A stretch of DNA of 28,850 nt from an uncultured Rhodothermales bacterium (lineage in GTDB: Bacteria; Bacteroidota; Rhodothermia; Rhodothermales; VXPQ01). Below, piece after piece: positions 24,564 through 28,850 of this stretch. Made by a program: the position numbers and the translations under genes. The notes below the pieces were generated by a model. The model saw nothing but the letters and a program-made list of their open reading frames with translations, did no database searches and was not told the origin of the DNA. The stretch is taken from NCBI GenBank assembly GCA_964487555.1, contig CAZART010000026.1, positions 16,144-44,993 on the forward strand, in the 5' to 3' direction. Numbering within the stretch: position 1 is the stretch's first letter; each line of letters begins with the position of its first letter.

Positions 24564-27204
24564 CGAAGTGATCCCGGAAGTACTCGGCGTAGAGTCTGCA
24601 TCGGGGTATCACGGCCCGCCCGTCCCGAAGTACGAGCCCGGCGCCCTGCAGCCTCCAGAAGACCTCGTCGTCATCGCACCTCTGGTGCCGGATGACCTCT
24701 CGCAGACCCGCTATCAGGTCGTCGTGTCCGTGGAGCCGGAACAGGTGGTAGCGCAGGTGATCACCGAAGGGACCGCGGTCGCGTGTGGCGGAAGCAAGCA
24801 GCTCGGAGATCGACATCTGCCCGCCGGCGACGAGGTAAAACGCTTTGCGCGTCAAATACGGGTGCCCGCCCAGCATCGCCATCATTTGCCCGATCTCATC
24901 CGCTGAGCACGGCGCGCCGTGTCGATCGCCGAGTTCCTCCACTTGCCCCGGTGTGAAGTCCTTCATCTCGATGATTTCCCCGACGTTAAACGGCGATTGA
25001 TTCAGGTTTTCGATCAGCTGGTAGGGTTCGGTGGAGGTGACGAGGGCCAGGTCCAGCCGCTTCCATATTCGGGCGGTGGCGCGGTCGTTGTGCCAGCTGC
25101 GCAGCATCCCGAAGAAATCGGAGCGGAAGCCCGTATCGAAGACGCGTTCAACCTCGTCCATGGCCAGCACCAGTGGCCGGTCGATGGCTCCCAGGATACA
25201 GTCTTCGACATAGAGCGTACAGCACTGGCTATTGCCCAGCGGCCACTGCCAGTATTCCTCCACTCTATTCTCCAGCTTCAACTTGAAGGTGAGCCAGACG
25301 CAGAACTGTTGGAAGAACGTGTCGGCGTCGTTTAGAGCCGACTGATTGAACAGTTGAAAATCGAGGAAAACGACCTGCTTTCCGGCTTTGGCAGCCGCGT
25401 TCATCGTGCGTACGAGCAGGGAACTCTTGCCCATCTGGCGTGGGCCTTTGATGGTAAGGGTAACTCCTCGCTGCTTGATGGCCCCTTGGGCTACGTCGTC
25501 TTGCGGTCGGTGCACGTAGAAGGCGGAGTGCGGGTCCATCGTACCCTCCGGCGTCTCGAGGTGCGGTTGCGCCGCCGCCAGCGGTTCCGGGAACGTCGGC
25601 GGAGCCTGCTCTTCGGTCGGACGGGCACGGGCACGCCACGACGCGCTGAGATCGCCACCGGCAATGGCGCGCGTGAGCTGCTCGATCAACCTGGAAGTAT
25701 CCGCTTCGCCGCCCCAGAAGGCCCAGTTGAGATCGTTGAGATAGGCGCTGAGGGGGTAGACAAACGGCTGCGTATAGTCCAGACGCACGGGGAGGAGGGC
25801 CGGTCGCCCACCCCGTTCCTCCGCCAGGCGGTGTGCCGTCTGGATCTCCGCGAGCACCATTTCGCTGTGGATGGATCGGGCCGACAGCAGGACGATTAGA
25901 AAATCGGACTGTGCCAATTCGGCTTCAATCTGCGCGATCCAGCGCGCGCCTATCGGCAGCATCGTATCGATGAAAACGTCGTGGTCGCTGCTCAGGGCGT
26001 CGTAGATCGCGCCGGCGACCTCATCGTCGGGCTCTCCGCCTCTCTTGTAGCTGATGAAGATGCGCGGCCGCTGGAGGTGGTTGGTACGGTCCAGGGAAGG
26101 CGCATCTACAGGTGTCGTATCCGGAAGCGGTGTGGCGGCGCCCCGTTCGAGGAGACGGCGCCGTACACGGTGTAGATCGGCCAGCAGCAGGGACGCCGTC
26201 CGATAGCGGTTGGTCCGCTGCTTCTCAAGACACTTGTAAACGACGGCCCCAAGATCCGGCGGCAGATCGCCGTTGAGCAGCGCCATCGGTAGGGGATCCT
26301 CGTTCAGCACCTGATAGATGGTGGCCTGCTCGGTCCCTTCGCGAAACGGCCTCTTTCCAGTGATCATTTCGTACATGACGACGCCCAGCGACCACAAATC
26401 CGTCCGCTGGTCGACCGCCTCGCCGCGCGCCTGCTCCGGACTCATGTAGGCCGCCGTCCCCAGCGCCGTACCTGCCCGCGTCAGGCTTACATCTTGCACT
26501 TTTGCGATCCCGAAATCGACGAGTCTAACGCGTGCCTGTTCGGTCACGATGACGTTGCTCGGCTTGATGTCCCGGTGCAGGATTCCGCCCGTATGTGCCG
26601 CCTTCAGCCCATCGGCCATCTGTATCGCGTGGTCGAGGGCCTCTTCCAGCGGAATCGCGCCGCGCGCGATCCTCGCTTTGAGCGTCTCGCCGGAATAGTA
26701 GGCCATTGCGATGAAGAGCCGCCCGTCATCCGTCTCGTCGACGTCGTAGACGGTGCAGATGTTGGGGTGGTCCAGCGCGGAGGCCGCCTTGGCCTCGTGC
26801 ATGAAGCGCACCTTGGCCTGCTCGTCCAGATTCAGGTGGGGCGAGAGAAACTTAAGCGCCACACTGCGATCGAGCCTCGTGTCGCGAGCTTTGTAGACGA
26901 CGCCCATGCCACCCCGGCCGAGCTGTTCCTGAACCTGATACCGGGAAATGTTCAGTCCGGTTAGGTCATGTAGCCCCGGCTGAGCCGCTGAGGGAGCCGC
27001 CAAAAGGAATCGTTCGAGGACGTTGCGGACGCCGCCGCCCCGGTCCTCGAAGGCGCCGAGCAGGGCTTCCACTTCGTAACGGATGTCGTCGTCAGGGCTT
27101 TCTCGGTCGAGGTAGGCGTTACGTACGTCGGGCTCGAGGTCGGCGGCTTCATCAAAGAGGCGCCGGATCTGCTCGGCGCGCTGGTCTGAGACGGGAAGGC
27201 TCAT
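24556..27204 (-). CDS. Multidomain Ser/Thr protein kinase, TIR and AAA-like (PF14516-like, STAND-style) NTPase fusion protein
   Basis: 882 aa. The N-terminal helical leader RAEQIRRLFDEAADLEPDVRNAYLDRESPDDDIRYEVEALLGAF is typical of kinases partnered with TIGR02999/ECF43 sigma factors. The kinase, TIR and NTPase domains are annotated as sub-features. Its stop lies 8 nt inside the next gene. Confidence 0.9.
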   Translation of the reverse strand: MSLPVSDQRAEQIRRLFDEAADLEPDVRNAYLDRESPDDDIRYEVEALLGAFEDRGGGVRNVLERFLLAAPSAAQPGLHDLTGLNISRYQVQEQLGRGGMGVVYKARDTRLDRSVALKFLSPHLNLDEQAKVRFMHEAKAASALDHPNICTVYDVDETDDGRLFIAMAYYSGETLKARIARGAIPLEEALDHAIQMADGLKAAHTGGILHRDIKPSNVIVTEQARVRLVDFGIAKVQDVSLTRAGTALGTAAYMSPEQARGEAVDQRTDLWSLGVVMYEMITGKRPFREGTEQATIYQVLNEDPLPMALLNGDLPPDLGAVVYKCLEKQRTNRYRTASLLLADLHRVRRRLLERGAATPLPDTTPVDAPSLDRTNHLQRPRIFISYKRGGEPDDEVAGAIYDALSSDHDVFIDTMLPIGARWIAQIEAELAQSDFLIVLLSARSIHSEMVLAEIQTAHRLAEERGGRPALLPVRLDYTQPFVYPLSAYLNDLNWAFWGGEADTSRLIEQLTRAIAGGDLSASWRARARPTEEQAPPTFPEPLAAAQPHLETPEGTMDPHSAFYVHRPQDDVAQGAIKQRGVTLTIKGPRQMGKSSLLVRTMNAAAKAGKQVVFLDFQLFNQSALNDADTFFQQFCVWLTFKLKLENRVEEYWQWPLGNSQCCTLYVEDCILGAIDRPLVLAMDEVERVFDTGFRSDFFGMLRSWHNDRATARIWKRLDLALVTSTEPYQLIENLNQSPFNVGEIIEMKDFTPGQVEELGDRHGAPCSADEIGQMMAMLGGHPYLTRKAFYLVAGGQMSISELLASATRDRGPFGDHLRYHLFRLHGHDDLIAGLREVIRHQRCDDDEVFWRLQGAGLVLRDGRAVIPRCRLYAEYFRDHFDG
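24565..25539 (-). other. AAA-like P-loop NTPase module paralogous to the N-terminus of CDS 21768..24563 (sub-feature of CDS 24556..27204)
   Basis: Walker A is GPRQMGKS (nt 25423..25446, checked on the DNA) and Walker B is LVLAMDEVE. QSPFNVGEIIEM corresponds to RTPFNVGRRIDL in the neighbouring protein. LGGHPYLTRKAF corresponds to TGGHPYLTQRLC. Confidence 0.8.
25771..26067 (-). other. TIR domain (TIR_2/PF13676-like; sub-feature of CDS 24556..27204)
   Basis: RIFISYKRGGEPDDEVAGAIYDALSSDHDVFIDTMLPIGARWIAQIEAELAQSDFLIVLLSARSIHSEMVLAEIQTA. This shows the F(I/V)SY start, the D--L--G--W---I—— S-(hydrophobic)4-LS pattern, and a Glu (E453, codon 25846..25848) at the position of the catalytic Glu of NAD-cleaving TIR domains. 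Confidence 0.8.
26170..26940 (-). other. Hanks-type Ser/Thr kinase catalytic domain (sub-feature of CDS 24556..27204)
   Basis: All catalytic signatures are present. These are the Gly-rich loop LGRGGMGVVY, VALK (Lys118), HRDIKPSNV (HRD at nt 26569..26577, checked on the DNA), DFGIAK and GTAAYMSPEQ. Confidence 0.9.
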
Positions 27205-27357
27205 AATACGGCCTGGTATGATCGCTCATCCTGGAGGATCTATCGTGGAGAAGGTCGTCCCTGACGTCTTCAATGGCAAAGAAAGAGATCCGTGCCTCCT
27301 CTATCATGGACGAAGCCTTTCTGCTGCCTCTCATCTAAATAGGCCGCAAAACGACAC

Positions 27358-27390
27358 AGATTTTTCATCGGCTCGAAAAAAGTATATTTC
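27358..27390 (+). promoter_or_regulatory. Candidate promoter in an AT-rich island upstream of the ECF sigma gene
   Basis: The only strongly AT-rich stretch of the 269-bp divergent intergenic region is gatttttcatcggctcgaaaaaagtatatttcc. It contains TTTTCA (27362..27367), a 15-nt spacer and TATATT (27383..27388). TAtaTTTc also resembles the Bacteroidota -7 motif TAnnTTTG. This rests on pattern only, and the spacing is not ideal. Confidence 0.25.
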
Positions 27391-27473
27391 CTGGGGAGAG
27401 CAGGTCGCATGGAGGGCGTCCAGGTGCTCTCCGGATCGGCGCGCACAGCACGTAACGGTCTCTCACAAATCCG

Positions 27474-28049
27474 ATGCCCATGCAGGAAGACGTTACACAG
27501 ATGCTCGTGCAGTGGAGCGATGGCGACGATGATGCCCTCGAGCGGCTCCTGCCGCTACTCTACGACGAGCTAAAGCGCCTGGCCGGTGCGCGTATGCGAG
27601 GCGAGCGCTCCGATCATACGTTGAACACGACCGCCCTCGTTCACGAAGCCTATCTAAAGCTCATAGACGTCGACCGTGTACAGTGGACAGACCGGGCGCA
27701 CTTTCTGGCCATGGCCTCGCGACAGATGCGTCGGATCCTTATTGACTACGCGCATCGGCGGAATGCCCGAAAACGTGGGGGCGGCGTGGAACACGTAGCG
27801 CTGGAAGAGGAGCGGTATATTCCGGAGGACTATGCCGATACGCTGCTCGAGTTGGACGATGCCCTGCAACGCTTCGAGAAGTCGTATCCCCGACAGGCGG
27901 AGGCCGTTGAATTGCACTATTTCGGCGGCCTGACGTTGGAGGAGTCCGGCGCGGTGCTCGGCGTTTCGGCGCCTACGATCATGCGAGATCTGCGATTCGC
28001 CCACTCGTGGCTGGCGCGCGACTGGGATCCGGATTCTCCCGATGCTTAG
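27474..28049 (+). CDS. ECF sigma factor, TIGR02999 / ECF43-like (Ser/Thr-kinase-associated type)
   Basis: Family-typical N-terminus DVTQMLVQWSDGDDDALERLLPLLYDELKRLAGARMRGERSDHTLNTTALVHEAYLKL. Also W-DRAHFLAMASRQMRRILIDYAHRRNARKRGGG. Region 4: VELHYFGGLTLEESGAVLGVSAPTIMRDLRFAHSWL. It is divergent from the kinase fusion gene. Confidence 0.9.
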   Translation: MPMQEDVTQMLVQWSDGDDDALERLLPLLYDELKRLAGARMRGERSDHTLNTTALVHEAYLKLIDVDRVQWTDRAHFLAMASRQMRRILIDYAHRRNARKRGGGVEHVALEEERYIPEDYADTLLELDDALQRFEKSYPRQAEAVELHYFGGLTLEESGAVLGVSAPTIMRDLRFAHSWLARDWDPDSPDA

Positions 28050-28618
28050 AGGCTAATTGTTCCACCCCACTCCTTCGCGAACCACGCCCGGGCAAATCGC
28101 AAGTCGCGCTCCACGGTCGTTAGCGATACGCTCAGCGCTTCGGCAGTTTCTTCATTCGTCAAGCCGCCGAAGTATCGGTGCTCGACGGCCTCCGCCTGCC
28201 GAGGATGCGTCTCCTCGAAGCGCTTAAGAGCGTCGTCGAGTTCCAGCAGCGTCTCAGCGTGTTCGTCCGGAATCAGGCGCTCCTCGTCGAGTGTTTCCCG
28301 CTGCGCGCCTCCGCCTCGCTTCTGAGCCTTTCGCTGGAGCGCATAATTGACGAGGACACGCCGCATCACCTTCGAGGCCATCGCAAAGAAATGGCCGCGG
28401 TTTTCCCATTGAATCTGGTTGATGTCGGCCAGCCTCAGGTACGCTTCGTGAACGAGGCCCGTCGTGTTTAGCGTGTGGCCCGGCCGTTCCTCTCGCAACC
28501 GTGCGTGAGCGAGTTTGCGCAGCTGCTCGTAGAGGACGGGCACGATCCGATCGAGCGCCTCGCGATCGCCCTCCCCGTAGGCGTTCAGGAGCCTGGTCAC
28601 GTCGGCCTGTGAGAGCAT
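28046..28618 (-). CDS. ECF sigma factor, TIGR02999 / ECF43-like, paralog of 27474..28049
   Basis: DVTRLLNAYGEGDREALDRIVPVLYEQLRKLAHARLREERPGHTLNTTGLVHEAYLRL...HFFAMASKVMRRVLVNYALQRKAQKRGGG...VEHRYFGGLTNEETAEALSVSLTTVERDLRFARAWF. My gap-free hand alignment with the neighbour gives 107 identical positions out of 190. The stop codon TAA (complement of 28046..28048) overlaps the neighbour's TAG (28047..28049). Confidence 0.9.
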   Translation of the reverse strand: MLSQADVTRLLNAYGEGDREALDRIVPVLYEQLRKLAHARLREERPGHTLNTTGLVHEAYLRLADINQIQWENRGHFFAMASKVMRRVLVNYALQRKAQKRGGGAQRETLDEERLIPDEHAETLLELDDALKRFEETHPRQAEAVEHRYFGGLTNEETAEALSVSLTTVERDLRFARAWFAKEWGGTISL

Positions 28619-28771
28619 CGGCCTACCGGTTGCAAATGCGGAGTGCGTACGCAGAAGAGAATGTTCGTCCCTTTCGGACGATACTGGATTTGACCCAGCA
28701 ATACAAAATTATGGCCCTATCAGTGGTCCAAATTCCGTATTCACGGGTAGAATAATTGTTGTTTCTCATTC

Positions 28772-28850
28772 CGGTGCGCCACCGTCATTCGTTTCCGGTG
28801 CGCCGCCTGGGTTCGTTTACGGTGCGCCGCCTGGGTTCGTTTACGGTGAG
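28772..28850. repeat. 24-bp direct tandem repeat, 3.3 copies, continuing to the window edge
   Basis: Copy 1 is cggtgcgccaccgtcattcgtttc (28772..28795). Copy 2 is cggtgcgccgcctgggttcgttta (28796..28819). Copy 3 is cggtgcgccgcctgggttcgttta (28820..28843). A partial copy cggtgag follows. Copies 2 and 3 are identical, and copy 1 differs in the middle. Confidence 0.85.

Noticed and set aside
27152-27334. 60-aa minus-strand ORF overlapping the start of the kinase-TIR-NTPase gene, considered as an upstream or leader peptide.
   Set aside because: It is in a different frame across the well-supported gene start, has no motif, and is typical of chance ORFs.
28665-28681. Hairpin tcgtcc-ctttc-ggacga (6-bp stem, 5-nt loop) in the leader of the minus-strand sigma gene.
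   Set aside because: The stem is short and has no flanking U-run, so it is not a credible intrinsic terminator. It could be incidental.
1-28850. Search for mobile-element hallmarks, tRNA/rRNA genes and CRISPR arrays that could mark the 17-28.6 kb cluster as an island.
   Set aside because: I saw no integrase, transposase or recombinase-like ORF, no cloverleaf-like tRNA candidate, no spaced direct-repeat array and no obvious flanking direct repeats. Horizontal acquisition cannot be assessed from this window alone.

Overview
GC-rich bacterial chromosomal window. The T9SS C-terminal sorting domains, a CarboxypepD_reg-type TonB-dependent receptor and a Reg_prop/Y_Y_Y sensor kinase point to the FCB group, Rhodothermota/Bacteroidota-like; this is inference from gene content only. 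All calls come from reading the translated ORFs and the DNA by eye, with no HMM or BLAST run, and domain boundaries are approximate. I support 17 intact-looking genes and 2 gene remnants. I saw no rRNA, tRNA, CRISPR array, transposase or integrase.

Left third (1-9.4 kb): envelope and periplasmic sugar-type functions. These are a TonB-dependent receptor, three DUF1080 (3-keto-disaccharide hydrolase family) domains in two genes, a Tat-signal Gfo/Idh/MocA oxidoreductase, and a C-terminally truncated beta-lactamase-family hydrolase.

9.4-10.2 kb: a scar holding two gene remnants. One is an FG-GAP repeat fragment with a 58-nt perfect match to the large FG-GAP gene 10 kb away. The other is an orphan TPR tail.

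Middle (10.2-16.9 kb): a lipoprotein, an SBBP-repeat T9SS cargo protein, and a propeller-type HisKA_3 sensor kinase with a NarL/LuxR response regulator.

Right part (17.0-28.6 kb), the most interesting region: a tightly packed minus-strand cluster.
- Gene A fuses a Ser/Thr kinase, a TIR domain and an AAA-like (PF14516-like, STAND-style) NTPase.
- Gene B overlaps A by 8 nt. It carries a paralogous AAA-like NTPase, one transmembrane helix, 21-residue coiled-coil repeats and a 7-blade WD40 propeller.
- Gene C overlaps B by 4 nt (ATGA) and encodes a small TPR-like membrane-anchored protein.
- Gene D encodes a roughly 1385-aa FG-GAP T9SS cargo protein.
- The cluster is divergent from two convergent, stop-overlapping ECF43-type (Ser/Thr-kinase-associated, TIGR02999-like) sigma factor paralogs.

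I propose this as a candidate uncharacterised split-STAND kinase/TIR signalling or immunity module coupled to ECF sigma factors. I cannot verify novelty without database searches.
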